In this document: piece by piece, positions 20,577-31,149 of the stretch
Layout of the letters: each line of letters begins with the position of its first letter
How positions within the stretch are numbered: position 1 is the first letter of the stretch
Assembly (NCBI GenBank): GCA_963764165.1
Contig: CAVXRD010000004.1
Coordinates: 672,001 to 736,000 of the forward strand
Direction: 5' to 3'
Origin: an uncultured Verrucomicrobiae bacterium
Lineage (GTDB): Bacteria; Verrucomicrobiota; Verrucomicrobiia; Limisphaerales; Palsa-1400
DNA: 64,000 nucleotides
Notes under the pieces: model-generated
Seen by the model: the letters and a program-made list of their open reading frames with translations, nothing else
Database searches by the model: none
Told to the model about the DNA's origin: nothing
Made by a program: the position numbers and the translations under genes

Positions 20577-23519
20577 TTACTCCTTGAGCAAATAGAATTG
20601 CTGGCTGACGCCCGGGGTCAGAGCGTTGGTCCAGCTAAAGTTTCCATTTGCATCGTAACTATTGGTGGCGACGGGCAGCCAGGTCTTCGAGGCCAGGTTC
20701 GTCGTTGTTAATACATAATACGTTCCATTGGCAATTCCGCCAGTTCCGCTGAGAATAATGTCCTGGCCGGAAACGTGGGCGCTGGAAATGGTCGGCCCGG
20801 TGGGAGGCGCAGTCACCACGCTGATCTCGCCGCTGCTGAGTTGTGAAATGTCCCAAGCCAGCCCTGGCCCCGGAACGGATGGCGTGATCGAAGCGAAGGA
20901 TCCAGAATAGCTCGCCGCGCTGAATATCTGGAAGCTCTCACCGGCGGCCAAATCGGTTCCGCTGATGTTTTGCAAGCTCAGCGTGCCGCCATAAGTGATG
21001 GCCTCGCCCGCATCAACCACATCGTTGGAAGCGCCGTTTAGCTTGATCAGCGTTGTTCCACTCAAAGTGATGTTGGCGGAGGCGGCGAGTTCGCCGGTCG
21101 GGTTGGAGCCTGTTGTAATGCCGATGGTCGTGTTGGTGCCGGCGGGCGAAATCGTTGCGCCGGACGAAACAACCAGGCTGCCATTGACGCTGCCGATGCC
21201 GGCCAAGGTCTGGCCGCTGGCCAAGGTGAGCGTTTTATCGGAGCGCCCGCTTGCATCGACATGCATGACGGAACCATTCGTGCCACCGAAGAATATCAGG
21301 GAGCTTTGCGACATGGAGCCATTGCCAATCAGGCCGACGGCAGGACTATTCCCGGTGCTGCCAATAATAGTCGGACCGGTGTAGGTGTTCGAGGCCCCCA
21401 TGACGAGCTCGTTGTTATAATAATCCAGGACAAAACCACCGGGGCCGCTGATCAAATTCGTGTAGACCATGTAATGATCGCCGATGACAAAGTGAGCAAC
21501 GCCATTGAGCGTCACGGCGCTGTCAATGGGCGTGGTGGCGCCCGCATTGTAGTAGCTGATCCAAGCCGCGCCATTTTCCAGAATGAGATTGCTGCCGGTA
21601 AAGGCAGCCGGGGCCGTGTAAATGTAAACGGTGGATCCGCTTAAGCCGTGAATGCTCCCGTTAAAACCGCCGTTATAAAACGTCAACGTGCAGCCCGGGG
21701 CGATAGTGAAGAGCGTCGCCGGATTCTGGCAGATGGCGGAATCATAACTCATCCCCAGCGTGCTGCTGCTGGAGGGATTAATTCCGTTAGTCACAAAGAC
21801 TCCGATAACATCAGGCCCCACGCTGACCGTATTCCACTGGCTGTAACCTGCGCCGCCGGACCAATCGAGGGTCAGGTTATGCGGGCCGCTGATCTGCGAG
21901 CCGCTCGAGAAGTCCCATCGGGCCGACCCGCCGAACAGCGCGTCTCCCGCGAGCATGACATTTAACGATTCGCCGGGATAATCGGCATAGCTGTTAACAA
22001 TGGCCCCTTCGCCGCCGAAGCCAGTTCCGGCCACTGTCACGGGGGTATTATTTGGAATGCTGCCGCCCGCCAGATCCAATGTCGCTCCATTGCTGATGGA
22101 AATAGTTGAAGCCGAGTCAAAGCAATTGTTGCCGGCATAAATGACGCCGCCGTCAATATTCACCGCGCCGGTAAAATTCCCCGCGCTGTAAATCGTCAGT
22201 TCGCTTGAGCCTTCCTTGATCAGGCTGCCGCTTCCCGTGATGGTTCCCGAGCCGTTAAAGGTAAAGGCGTTTGTGCTCGCATCAACAGTAATGACGCTTG
22301 GCGCGACCGAGCCATTGATTGTCACTGTCGTCGATTCATTTGGGTCGTCATTGAACAGGACAGCGTCGCTGGAGTTAAACACTGTCGCGGAGCCATTGGA
22401 AAGGTTGATCCAGTTCGCGGTGGTCGCGGTGTCCCACGTGCCGCTGTTGTTATTGGTGGTCCACAAGAGAGAATTGCCAGGAACGAGCAAGGTCAAAGTT
22501 GCGGCCGCGCTGGTTGTTGTCCCGTTCTTGTTGCCAACCACAACAGTATAGTTGGTGGCTTCCGCGGCATTGGCATTGACTACCTTCAAGCTCGAATTCG
22601 TCTGGCCAGCCAGAGCGACCCCGGCGCGGTACCATTGATTAGTGACGGGAAACTCGCTCACCGATTGCACGCTGAATGTCACCGACCCGCCAACATACGC
22701 TGATTGCGACTGGGGTGGCGAGACGATGATCGGCGCAGAATTGCTTGGGTAGGAATTCACCATTCCAATATAGTAATGCGTCAACACCTGTGATGCGGTC
22801 AGGCCGTGATTGTAAAGAGCGACCTCGCTGATATTGCCATTGAACAAACGACTGCTGCCGGCGCTGCTGCCGTCTCCGATCACCCAATCGTCGGAAAATT
22901 CAACCGAGCCTGTCGTATCCGCGCTCTGGGCGACCAGAGTGCCGTTTTGGTAGAGACTGCAATTCGTGCCGTCGCTCGACAAAACGATATAAGACCAGTT
23001 GGTGGACTGAACTCCGCCAGTTTCGCCGGCGCTGCCCGAGCTGCCGTAGTAATTTGCCCCATAAGGGCCGTTTACGCGGAGAACAATTTCGGCATATGTC
23101 GAAGAGTCATAGCCCTTGGCGACGATATCGCCAAACAAGGATGAACTGGACGGCTGCGCCCATGCTTCCAAAGTGATCGGCCCGCTGAAATTCAGCAAGC
23201 CGGGATTGCTGCCGTCGCTCAAGTCGATGGCGGCGGCGCCGTCAAAGTAAGCGGCGTTGGTGATGTATTGGGAAGGCCCCACGCCCGCGGAAATGCCGGC
23301 GGCCTCGCCGTCGTTGCCGTTTCCAGTCAAGTCGGGAGCGGTGCTGGTTCCGTCCACTCCCGGGTTGAGAGCGTAATAGGCCAGAGGCGCGTCTCCAAGC
23401 ACAACGCTCTGATACGAAGTCTGGGCCTGGGCGGCGACGCAAAGCGTCAAGCCAAACGCGCCGAGAATCAAACGGCCCGCGAGGGGCGTCAAACTTGGAG
23501 TTGTGAGTGGTAAATTCAT
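20577..23519 (-). CDS. Secreted LamG + Ig-like + passenger-associated beta-strand repeat protein with a C-terminal sorting-like domain
   Basis: Signal peptide; LamG (ITLEAWA...FNGNISEVALYN); Ig (PQSQSAYVGGSVTF...NYTVVV); GSGSLIKEG and NTYTGPTII repeats; ends QQFYLLKE. Confidence 0.85.
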   Translation of the reverse strand: MNLPLTTPSLTPLAGRLILGAFGLTLCVAAQAQTSYQSVVLGDAPLAYYALNPGVDGTSTAPDLTGNGNDGEAAGISAGVGPSQYITNAAYFDGAAAIDLSDGSNPGLLNFSGPITLEAWAQPSSSSLFGDIVAKGYDSSTYAEIVLRVNGPYGANYYGSSGSAGETGGVQSTNWSYIVLSSDGTNCSLYQNGTLVAQSADTTGSVEFSDDWVIGDGSSAGSSRLFNGNISEVALYNHGLTASQVLTHYYIGMVNSYPSNSAPIIVSPPQSQSAYVGGSVTFSVQSVSEFPVTNQWYRAGVALAGQTNSSLKVVNANAAEATNYTVVVGNKNGTTTSAAATLTLLVPGNSLLWTTNNNSGTWDTATTANWINLSNGSATVFNSSDAVLFNDDPNESTTVTINGSVAPSVITVDASTNAFTFNGSGTITGSGSLIKEGSSELTIYSAGNFTGAVNIDGGVIYAGNNCFDSASTISISNGATLDLAGGSIPNNTPVTVAGTGFGGEGAIVNSYADYPGESLNVMLAGDALFGGSARWDFSSGSQISGPHNLTLDWSGGAGYSQWNTVSVGPDVIGVFVTNGINPSSSSTLGMSYDSAICQNPATLFTIAPGCTLTFYNGGFNGSIHGLSGSTVYIYTAPAAFTGSNLILENGAAWISYYNAGATTPIDSAVTLNGVAHFVIGDHYMVYTNLISGPGGFVLDYYNNELVMGASNTYTGPTIIGSTGNSPAVGLIGNGSMSQSSLIFFGGTNGSVMHVDASGRSDKTLTLASGQTLAGIGSVNGSLVVSSGATISPAGTNTTIGITTGSNPTGELAASANITLSGTTLIKLNGASNDVVDAGEAITYGGTLSLQNISGTDLAAGESFQIFSAASYSGSFASITPSVPGPGLAWDISQLSSGEISVVTAPPTGPTISSAHVSGQDIILSGTGGIANGTYYVLTTTNLASKTWLPVATNSYDANGNFSWTNALTPGVSQQFYLLKE

Positions 23520-23617
23520 AATGGTAAGAGATTGCTTATCTGAAGCGCGGCGTCGGCGACGCCTTTTCGATTTGAGTGATGGTCATGCTCCATTTGTTCC
23601 ATAAAGGGATTCCTCAA

Positions 23618-23661
23618 GGAATAGACAATCCGACGAACCACATGGACAATTGACCGCAGAG
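23618..23661 (-). promoter_or_regulatory. Putative AraC-type operator (two TGTCYAT half-sites 21 bp apart) upstream of the LamG/prepilin operon
   Basis: Reverse complement ctctgcggtcaattgtccatg...gattgtctattcc matches 26168-26212. Confidence 0.65.
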
Positions 23662-23785
23662 ATCACCCCGAAAAGAGGAGGCGGCGGCGCGCAATTCATC
23701 GTTTCATCATGGATCATGCCCCACATTGTACCATTGAAAACGTGCCCCGCCATGAGCTTTTAGGGAAAATAATTGACGTTTTTCG

Positions 23786-25093
23786 TCACTTATTTTTCGG
23801 GCGGGATGGCCGGGGCGGCGCGCTGAACTCGATTCGCTTTAAGAAATCCTCGGAAGGCAGAACAATATCGGGACGGCTCCTCGCCGCATGGTCGGAATTG
23901 CCGGCGGACACGCATTGGGCCTTGAATTCCGAAGGCGTCATCTTGAGTCGGCTCTTAAAAATGCGGCTGAGATGTTCGGCATGTTCCAAACCCACTTTTT
24001 CCGCAATCAGCGCGAGCGAAAAATCTGTCTCGGCCAGAAGTTGCTTAACCCGGTCCAGTCGGATGCGGAGAATTTCGTCCTTGGGCGAGCGGCCGAGAAT
24101 TTTCATGAAGCGGCGGTCCAGGGTGCTGCGTGACATCGGCACGGCGCGCAGAACGTCGCTCACATCGATGCCGAGGCAGGCGTGCTCGCGAATAAAACGG
24201 GCGGCGGCCGCAATCTGGCGATCCTCCATCGCAAGAACATCAGTGGACCGGCGAGTCACAATGCCACTCGGCTTGACAAATGTCTCCACGGGCTCGGGCC
24301 TGAAACCGGCCATCATGCGTGACAAGAGGGCCGCCGTTTCGTAGCCCACGCGCTCCGCGTCGGGAACAACGCTGGACAGGGGCGGTTCGGAAAGGTTGCA
24401 CAAAACGTCATCATTATCGACGCCGATGACTGCAACCTCTTCGGGCGAAGCAAACCCCGTCGCCCGGCATGCATCGAGCACTTGTTGGCCACGCATGTCG
24501 TTGCAAGCCATCAAGCCAATCGGTTTGGGCAGCTTCTTGATCCAATTCGCGACACAACCGCCGTCCTTCAAGCCGAGACCCTCGTATTGCGCCGTGTCCC
24601 CGTTGGCGAGCGGAGTCCCTTCGGAATAGACGTGGCACTCCAAGCCAGCCTCGGAAACGCTTTTGGCGAACGCGTCCCGGCGCTCATCGGAATAATCCGC
24701 ACCGTTAAATCCGCAAAATGCAAAATGGCGGAATCCCCGCTCCTTAAGATGATCGAAGCAGAGGCGCGATATGGCCGCGTTGTCCGCCAGGATGCTCGGC
24801 ATCCCTGAGCCGGGGCTGACGTGCCGGAGATAAACCGCGGGAAGTTTCAACCGCCGAATCACGCTGACCACGTCACGATTCTCCAAGCGCGAAATGATGC
24901 CCTCGCCCCTCCAGGTCTTCAGCCACGCCGGTGTGTCATCGCATAAATTGAGATCCTGGAAAAAGATCGACCACGGATCGTGCTCGCGGACAAACTTGGC
25001 AATTCCCCACAGTATGCCGCGCCCGTAACCCCGCGAGGACTCGACCAGCAAAGCAACTCGCGGACGTTTGAAGGATTTCACAACTGTGAGCAT
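23786..25093 (-). CDS. XylR-type regulator (periplasmic-binding-protein-like sensor + AraC HTH)
   Basis: RVALLVESSRGYGRGIL.GI...EEVAVIGVDND...PPLSSV...RRSTD...C-terminal AraC HTH; start is uncertain (25093 chosen). Confidence 0.9.
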   Translation of the reverse strand: MLTVVKSFKRPRVALLVESSRGYGRGILWGIAKFVREHDPWSIFFQDLNLCDDTPAWLKTWRGEGIISRLENRDVVSVIRRLKLPAVYLRHVSPGSGMPSILADNAAISRLCFDHLKERGFRHFAFCGFNGADYSDERRDAFAKSVSEAGLECHVYSEGTPLANGDTAQYEGLGLKDGGCVANWIKKLPKPIGLMACNDMRGQQVLDACRATGFASPEEVAVIGVDNDDVLCNLSEPPLSSVVPDAERVGYETAALLSRMMAGFRPEPVETFVKPSGIVTRRSTDVLAMEDRQIAAAARFIREHACLGIDVSDVLRAVPMSRSTLDRRFMKILGRSPKDEILRIRLDRVKQLLAETDFSLALIAEKVGLEHAEHLSRIFKSRLKMTPSEFKAQCVSAGNSDHAARSRPDIVLPSEDFLKRIEFSAPPRPSRPKNK

Positions 25094-25268
25094 TTCACGA
25101 AAGTCGGAGCATTCTGCGATGGTTTGGGTTTTGCGCAAGCCTGTTTGGACGGGCACGGTCGGCCGGCGGGGCGGCGCTGGCATTGGACGACGTAACAAAT
25201 TTCGTCATTGTAACTGACGGAAAGTTTCCATAGAGTGGGCCTCAAGAAAGCACTTGAAACAATCCCGG

Positions 25269-26156
25269 ATGACTCTGCACCAAAAGTTGGACGGCTTCGC
25301 TGGCCAGCGCCTGGTGGTTGTGCCGAGGCCCGTCTTGGCCAGCGTCTCCCTTCACCCGCTGCTGCGAAATCTGCTGCCGACGGATGCAGGTTACTACCCC
25401 AGGGCCGCCGGGCATAAATGCGTGCGCGAACGGGGCTGCCCCGAGACAATCTTCATCTACTGCGCTGAAGGAGAAGGCTGGTGCGAAATAGCCGGCCGCC
25501 GCCACCAAGTGGGCAAAAACCAAATGCTGGTGATCAAGGCGGGGGCAACGCACACCTACGGAGCAGACGACGATTCACCGTGGACCATTCATTGGTTTCA
25601 TGCCGTCGGCGCCAACGTGCCGCATTACCTGGAGCGCCTTGGCGTCACGAACGAGCAACCGATCGTTGCCTTCGGCGGAGATGTCCAGCTTTACGCCTTG
25701 TTCGAGGATTTGCTGGAGGGCTTGCAGCATGGTTTTACGCTGACACATATGATTTATGCCGCGCACTCGCTGGCGCATCTGATGGGGCTGATTCTGCGCC
25801 ACAAAGAAGAGGCGTGGCACGGCGGAGCCAGCGCGAAGGAACGCATCAGCGAAAGCCTTGAATTCATGAAGAGCCATTTGCGGGAACCGCTGAGCGTGTC
25901 CTCGCTGGCCGCGCTGGTGAATTTGTCGCGCTCGCATTACACCACGCTATTTCGCCGGGTCACCGGCTACGCGCCTCTGAGTTACTTGAACCACTTGCGA
26001 ATGCAGCGCGCGGTGGAGCTGCTGAATTCAACGGACTGGCCCATCAAGCAAATCAGCGACCACCTCGGATTTTCGGATCAATTTTACTTCTCCCGCGCTT
26101 TCACAAAAATGCACAGCCACTCTCCTTCCGAGCACCGCCGGCGTTATGGAATTTGA
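25269..26156 (+). CDS. AraC-family transcriptional regulator (cupin + HTH)
   Basis: DGFAGQRLVVVP...TDAGYYP.A.GH...IYC.EGEGW...PWTIHWFH...GFSDQFYFSRAF. Confidence 0.93.
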   Translation: MTLHQKLDGFAGQRLVVVPRPVLASVSLHPLLRNLLPTDAGYYPRAAGHKCVRERGCPETIFIYCAEGEGWCEIAGRRHQVGKNQMLVIKAGATHTYGADDDSPWTIHWFHAVGANVPHYLERLGVTNEQPIVAFGGDVQLYALFEDLLEGLQHGFTLTHMIYAAHSLAHLMGLILRHKEEAWHGGASAKERISESLEFMKSHLREPLSVSSLAALVNLSRSHYTTLFRRVTGYAPLSYLNHLRMQRAVELLNSTDWPIKQISDHLGFSDQFYFSRAFTKMHSHSPSEHRRRYGI

Positions 26157-26167
26157 ATGCCACTTCA

Positions 26168-26212
26168 CTCTGCCGGTCAATTGTCCATGCCCATCATTGC
26201 AATGTCCATTCC
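26168..26212 (+). promoter_or_regulatory. Putative AraC-type operator upstream of the sugar porter/glycosidase operon
   Basis: ttgtccat at 26181 and atgtccat at 26202 (21-bp spacing); 16-bp exact match to the 23641-23656 copy. Confidence 0.65.
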
Positions 26213-26296
26213 GCTTTACCTCGGGCCGTGGCATTTTCTGTTTTCTCACAGGCAGCGCAAGGGCAATAACATGATAGCTGAACGATTTACGAAACA

Positions 26297-27718
26297 ATGA
26301 TCACCGCGGCCCCAAAAGGATCATCCAACCTTCGAGCGGATTACAACATGGGTTATATCTGGATGATGTCGGCTGTCGCGGCCATGGGCGGTCTGCTTTT
26401 TGGCTGGGATTGGGTTGTCATCGGCGGCGCGAAACCTTTCTTTCAACGTTACTTCGCGCTCACAAGTGAAGCGCAAATAGGCTGGGCCAACAGTTGCGCG
26501 CTCATCGGCTGCCTGACGGGCGCGCTGATCGCCGGAGGCCTAAGCGACAAGTTTGGGCGCAAGCGGCTGCTCATGGTGGCGGCCCTGCTGTTTGCGGTGA
26601 CCTCACTGGGCAACGCGCTGGCAGGAAACTTCGACATTTTTATCGCTTGGCGCATTTGCGGCGGGGTCGCCATCGGACTGGCTTCCAATCTTTCCCCAAT
26701 GTACATCGCCGAAGTCGCGCCAGCGAGGATGCGCGGCAAGCTGGTGGCCATCAATCAACTCACCGTTGTCGTCGGGATATTGATGGCGCAATTCATCAAT
26801 TGGTTTCTGGTGCGAAAACTTCCCGCTGGAGCGACGGATGAGTTCATTCGAAACTCCTGGTTCGGGCAGCAAGGATGGCGCTGGATGTTCGGCCTCACAG
26901 CAGCACCCGCGTTGCTGTTTTTTGCGGGCATGATGGTGATTCCGGAAAGCCCCCGCTGGCTGCTGAAGAAGGGGAGGACAGAATTGGCGCGGAACACTTT
27001 GAGGCGGATTGGCGGCGAAAGCTATGCCCAGGCCGCAACGGCGGAAATTCAGTCAACATTAGCTGGCGAAGCAAACGAACGCACGCAATTGAGCGAGCTC
27101 TTCGAACCGAAAATGTTCAAGGTCCTCACACTTGGCGTCGCGCTCGCTGTATTCCAGCAATGGTGCGGCATAAACGTCATTTTCAATTACGCGGAGGAAA
27201 TTTTTCGCGCCGCCGGCTATGACATTTCGACAGTGCTGAAGAACATCGCATGGACAGGCTCGGTGAACCTCGGCTTTACGTTGTTGACGTTCGGCTTTGT
27301 TGATCGGGCCGGCAGGCGGCCTCTGATGCTTTTCGGCGCGGCGGCGCTGGCTGTGATCTACGCGGTCATGGGCGCCTGCTATTGGAACGGGGTCAAGGGG
27401 CTTCCCATGCTGCTGCTCGTGCTGGCGGCGATCGGCTGCTACGCGATTTCGCTGGCACCCGTCACCTGGGTGGTCATCTCCGAGATTTTCCCCAATCGCA
27501 ATCGGGGAGCGGCGATGTCCATAGCAGTGGCCTCGCTGTGGATAGCGTGCTTTCTGCTGACTTTCACGTTTCCGGCGCTGAACGCGACCCTCGGACCGGC
27601 GGGAACCTTCTGGCTGTATGGCGCGATATGCGTCGCGGGATTTTTCTTTGTGAAATTTCGCCTCCCCGAAACCAAGGGCAAGACCCTCGAGGAAATTGAG
27701 CGGGAGTTAGTCGATTAA
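26297..27718 (+). CDS. MFS sugar porter (XylE/AraE-like)
   Basis: GGLLFGWDW.VIGGA, DKFGRK, PMYIAE.AP...RG, PESPRWL, QQWCGINVIFNY, PETKGKTLEEIE. Confidence 0.95.
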   Translation: MITAAPKGSSNLRADYNMGYIWMMSAVAAMGGLLFGWDWVVIGGAKPFFQRYFALTSEAQIGWANSCALIGCLTGALIAGGLSDKFGRKRLLMVAALLFAVTSLGNALAGNFDIFIAWRICGGVAIGLASNLSPMYIAEVAPARMRGKLVAINQLTVVVGILMAQFINWFLVRKLPAGATDEFIRNSWFGQQGWRWMFGLTAAPALLFFAGMMVIPESPRWLLKKGRTELARNTLRRIGGESYAQAATAEIQSTLAGEANERTQLSELFEPKMFKVLTLGVALAVFQQWCGINVIFNYAEEIFRAAGYDISTVLKNIAWTGSVNLGFTLLTFGFVDRAGRRPLMLFGAAALAVIYAVMGACYWNGVKGLPMLLLVLAAIGCYAISLAPVTWVVISEIFPNRNRGAAMSIAVASLWIACFLLTFTFPALNATLGPAGTFWLYGAICVAGFFFVKFRLPETKGKTLEEIERELVD

Positions 27719-27729
27719 GCGAGCTGCCC

Positions 27730-30700
27730 ATGGACCCAGCGCCACATTCTCGTGAAAATCTCAACGCCGTGCAAACGCGCATGGAAGATCTCGCAATTCC
27801 CACCTACTTGCCTGCGGCGCCAGACAAGAATCCGATGTTTTTGGAGACGCGCGTGTATCAGGGAAGCAGCGGCAAGGTTTATCCCTTGCCGTTCACGGAT
27901 CGCGTCGCGGAAAAGCCTGTTGAACGAATGTGGAAGGCCGTCTGGATCGAAAACGAATTCTTGAAGGTCATGGTGCTGCCTGAACTTGGTGGGCGCATCC
28001 ACATAATGGAGGACAAGACCAACAACTACGACGTCATCTACAGACAGAACGTCATCAAGCCGGCGCTGGTGGGACTGGCCGGGCCGTGGATTTCCGGGGG
28101 CATCGAATTCAACTGGCCTCAGCACCATCGGCCAGCCACGTTTCTGCCGGTCGATTTCGAAATTGAGGAACATGCCGACGGTTCAAAAACAATCTGGTGC
28201 AGCGATCACGATCCTCTTTCCCGGATGAAAGGCATGCACGGCGTTTGCCTGCATCCCGGAAAGAGTTATCTGGAACTCAAGGTGCGGGCTTATAACCGAA
28301 CGCCCTTCGTGCAGACATTCTTGTGGTGGGCGAACGTGGCCACGCGCGTGCATGAGAAATATCAGAGCTTTTTTGCGCCGGACGTTTCTTTCGTCGCTGA
28401 TCATGCGCGGCGCTCAATGAGCGAATATCCGCTGGCGCGCGATTTTTACTACGGTGTCAATTACGGCGAGCGCGGACGCAGCGGCGTTCCCGCTGCTGAA
28501 GTGCCCTCTCAATTTGTTCCGCCTCACTGCTTGAGCAAGCTCGAAAAAGAACACGCGCTGGCTTCCGTTCCCGACTACGCGCCCAACGATCTTTCGTTCT
28601 ACGCGAATATCCCCGTGCCCACTTCCTACATGTGTCTCGGAAGCAAGGAAGACTTTTTTGGCGGCTACGACTATGAGGCGCAGGCTGGCATCATCCACAT
28701 CGCCAACCACCATATCTCCCCAGGAAAGAAACAGTGGACCTGGGGGAATCACGAGTTTGGCTATGCGTGGGATCGCAATTTAACAGACGCGACGCCAAGC
28801 GGTAAATTCCCGCCCTACATCGAAATCATGGCCGGCGTGTACACCGACAATCAGCCGGACTTCAGTTTTCTTCAACCTGGCGAAACCAAGGACTGGAGCC
28901 AGTTCTGGTATCCAATTCAAAAAATTGGCCCCGCCCAACACGCCAATCTCGCCGCCGCTGTCCATTGGACTCATGCCAAAGGCGAGTGGCGGCTTGGCGT
29001 TGCCGTCACAAGCCCCCAATCGCGCGCGACCATCACGATTTCGTCAAACACAAAACAACTCGCGCAATTTGTCCGCGACCTTTCGCCTTCGGCGCCGTTC
29101 GTCGAATTCGTCAAACTGCCAAAACAGAATCCGGGGGAGGAATTGCTTATTCGAGTGGCAGATAAAAACGGAGATGAACTGATTTCTTACCGGCCCAAAC
29201 CTCACGTCAAGAGTTCCGCTCCATTGCCCGCGACGGAGCCACCGCCGCCCGCGGAGATCGCGAGCAATGACGAATTGTTCGTCACCGGCCTGCATCTTGA
29301 CCAATACCGCCACGCGACCCGATCGCCGGCGATTTACTGGCGTGAGGCGCTGCGGCGCGACCCGCTAGATGCCCGATGCAACAACGCGCTCGGAGTCTGG
29401 CACCTTAAGCGCGGCGAATTCACCGAAGCGGAGGGGTTCCTGCGCAAAGCCATCGAGCGACTCACGCTCCGCAATGCAAACCCGTGCGACAGCGAAGCCT
29501 TCTACCACCTTGGCCTGTGCCTGCGCTATTTGAGCCGGGACACGGAGGCTTACGATGCATTCTACAAAGCGACCTGGTCGCAGGCATTCGCTTCCGCCAG
29601 TTTTCATGCGCTGGCGGAAATCGATTGCTCGCGAACGGACTGGGCGCGGGCCTTGGAGCATCTTGACCGCTCGCTGCGATTGAACACCGACAACTTGCGG
29701 GCGCGCGACTTAAAGGCCGTTGTCTTGCGCAAGCTGAATCGGCCAGGCGACGCGGACCATTTGCTGGATGAAACGCTGCGGCTTGATCCTTTGGATGGCT
29801 GGGCGAGGCATTTGAAAAGCGGCCAGGCCGCCGGGAATTTGCAAACACAATTGGACTTGGCCCATGACTGCGCCCGCGCCGGGCTCTTTGACGAGGCGAT
29901 CTGCGTCTTGAAAAAAGCGGCGTTTCGCCCGAAAGATTTGCCAGACCAAAGCTGGGGCGCGTGGCCGCTGGTTCTCTACACGCTCGGATGGCTGCATGGC
30001 AAGACGGGCGAGAAAAAATTCGCGGCCGATTATTTCAAGCAAGCCGCGGTTCAGGCGCCGGATTATTGTTTTCCATCGAGGCTTGAGGAGATCTGCATTT
30101 TGCAAACGGCCATCGCGGCGAATCCAAAAGACGCTCGCGCGCCGCACTACTTGGGAAATCTTCTTTACGACCGCCGCCGGCACCACGAAGCCATCCAATT
30201 GTGGGAGCAATCGGCCAAGCTCGATCCAGGCTTCTCCATTGTCTGGCGCAATCTCGGCATGGGCTTTTTCAATATTCTGGGAAAACCGGCCAACGCCCGG
30301 CGCGCTTACGATCGCGCGTTCAAATGCAACGCTGAGGATGCGCGCTTGTTGTACGAGCGCGACCAGCTTTGGAAGAGGCTTGGTGAAAAGCCGCAAACCC
30401 GCCTGCGCGAGTTGGAGAGACATCCGCAGCTTGCATTGCAGCGCGACGACTTGAGCATCGAGCTTTGCGCGCTATACAATCAAACAGGCCAGCACGAGAA
30501 GGCGGTCGAGTTGCTCGCGAGCCGGCAATTTCAACCGTGGGAGGGCGGCGAAGGCGGCCCACTGGCCCAGCACACGCGCGCGCAGCTCGCGCTTGGCCGC
30601 GCGGCGCTTTCCGAAAAGGATTTTCCCAAGGCCAAAAACCATTTTGAATTTGCCCTTGGCGCTCCACGAAACCTGAGCGAAGCCCGCCACCTCCTCGCCA

Positions 30701-31149
30701 ACAAAAGCGACATCCATTTCTGGCTTGGGTGTGCTCTGTCTGGATTGGGCAGGCCGGAGGCCGCGCGAGAACAATGGCTTGCCGCCGCCAAATTCAAAGG
30801 CGATTTTCAGGACATGAGCGTGCGCGCCTTCAGCGAGATGACTTACTACTCCGCGTTGTCCTGGGAAAAATTGGGCCAGCGGGCGAAGGCGAAAAAACTG
30901 CTGCGGGACTTGCTCGCCTACGCGCGAAAATTGCAAAAACAGCCCGCGAAAATTGATTACTTCGCAACGTCGCTGCCCACCATGCTGCTATTTGCGGATG
31001 ATTTGCAGTTTCGCCAGGAAACAATTGCGCTGTTCCTGCAAGCGCAAGCTCACCTTGGCCTCGGAAACAAAACCAAAGCCCGCTCGCTATTGCGAGACGT
31101 TTTGCGCCGGGACCCCAATCACGCCCTCGCGGCGGACCTGCTGGCATGA
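27730..31149 (+). CDS. DUF5107 domain + TPR repeat protein
   Basis: RVYQGSSGKVYP, ENEFLKVMVLPELGGRI, WISGGIEFNWPQHHRP; C-terminal half made of TPR-like helices. Confidence 0.88.
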   Translation: MDPAPHSRENLNAVQTRMEDLAIPTYLPAAPDKNPMFLETRVYQGSSGKVYPLPFTDRVAEKPVERMWKAVWIENEFLKVMVLPELGGRIHIMEDKTNNYDVIYRQNVIKPALVGLAGPWISGGIEFNWPQHHRPATFLPVDFEIEEHADGSKTIWCSDHDPLSRMKGMHGVCLHPGKSYLELKVRAYNRTPFVQTFLWWANVATRVHEKYQSFFAPDVSFVADHARRSMSEYPLARDFYYGVNYGERGRSGVPAAEVPSQFVPPHCLSKLEKEHALASVPDYAPNDLSFYANIPVPTSYMCLGSKEDFFGGYDYEAQAGIIHIANHHISPGKKQWTWGNHEFGYAWDRNLTDATPSGKFPPYIEIMAGVYTDNQPDFSFLQPGETKDWSQFWYPIQKIGPAQHANLAAAVHWTHAKGEWRLGVAVTSPQSRATITISSNTKQLAQFVRDLSPSAPFVEFVKLPKQNPGEELLIRVADKNGDELISYRPKPHVKSSAPLPATEPPPPAEIASNDELFVTGLHLDQYRHATRSPAIYWREALRRDPLDARCNNALGVWHLKRGEFTEAEGFLRKAIERLTLRNANPCDSEAFYHLGLCLRYLSRDTEAYDAFYKATWSQAFASASFHALAEIDCSRTDWARALEHLDRSLRLNTDNLRARDLKAVVLRKLNRPGDADHLLDETLRLDPLDGWARHLKSGQAAGNLQTQLDLAHDCARAGLFDEAICVLKKAAFRPKDLPDQSWGAWPLVLYTLGWLHGKTGEKKFAADYFKQAAVQAPDYCFPSRLEEICILQTAIAANPKDARAPHYLGNLLYDRRRHHEAIQLWEQSAKLDPGFSIVWRNLGMGFFNILGKPANARRAYDRAFKCNAEDARLLYERDQLWKRLGEKPQTRLRELERHPQLALQRDDLSIELCALYNQTGQHEKAVELLASRQFQPWEGGEGGPLAQHTRAQLALGRAALSEKDFPKAKNHFEFALGAPRNLSEARHLLANKSDIHFWLGCALSGLGRPEAAREQWLAAAKFKGDFQDMSVRAFSEMTYYSALSWEKLGQRAKAKKLLRDLLAYARKLQKQPAKIDYFATSLPTMLLFADDLQFRQETIALFLQAQAHLGLGNKTKARSLLRDVLRRDPNHALAADLLA

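Noticed and set aside
23774..23788. TGACG-N5-CGTCA palindrome as a XylR operator
   Set aside because: The arms are only 5 bp, it overlaps the regulator's stop codon, and there is no convincing second copy in the same arrangement.
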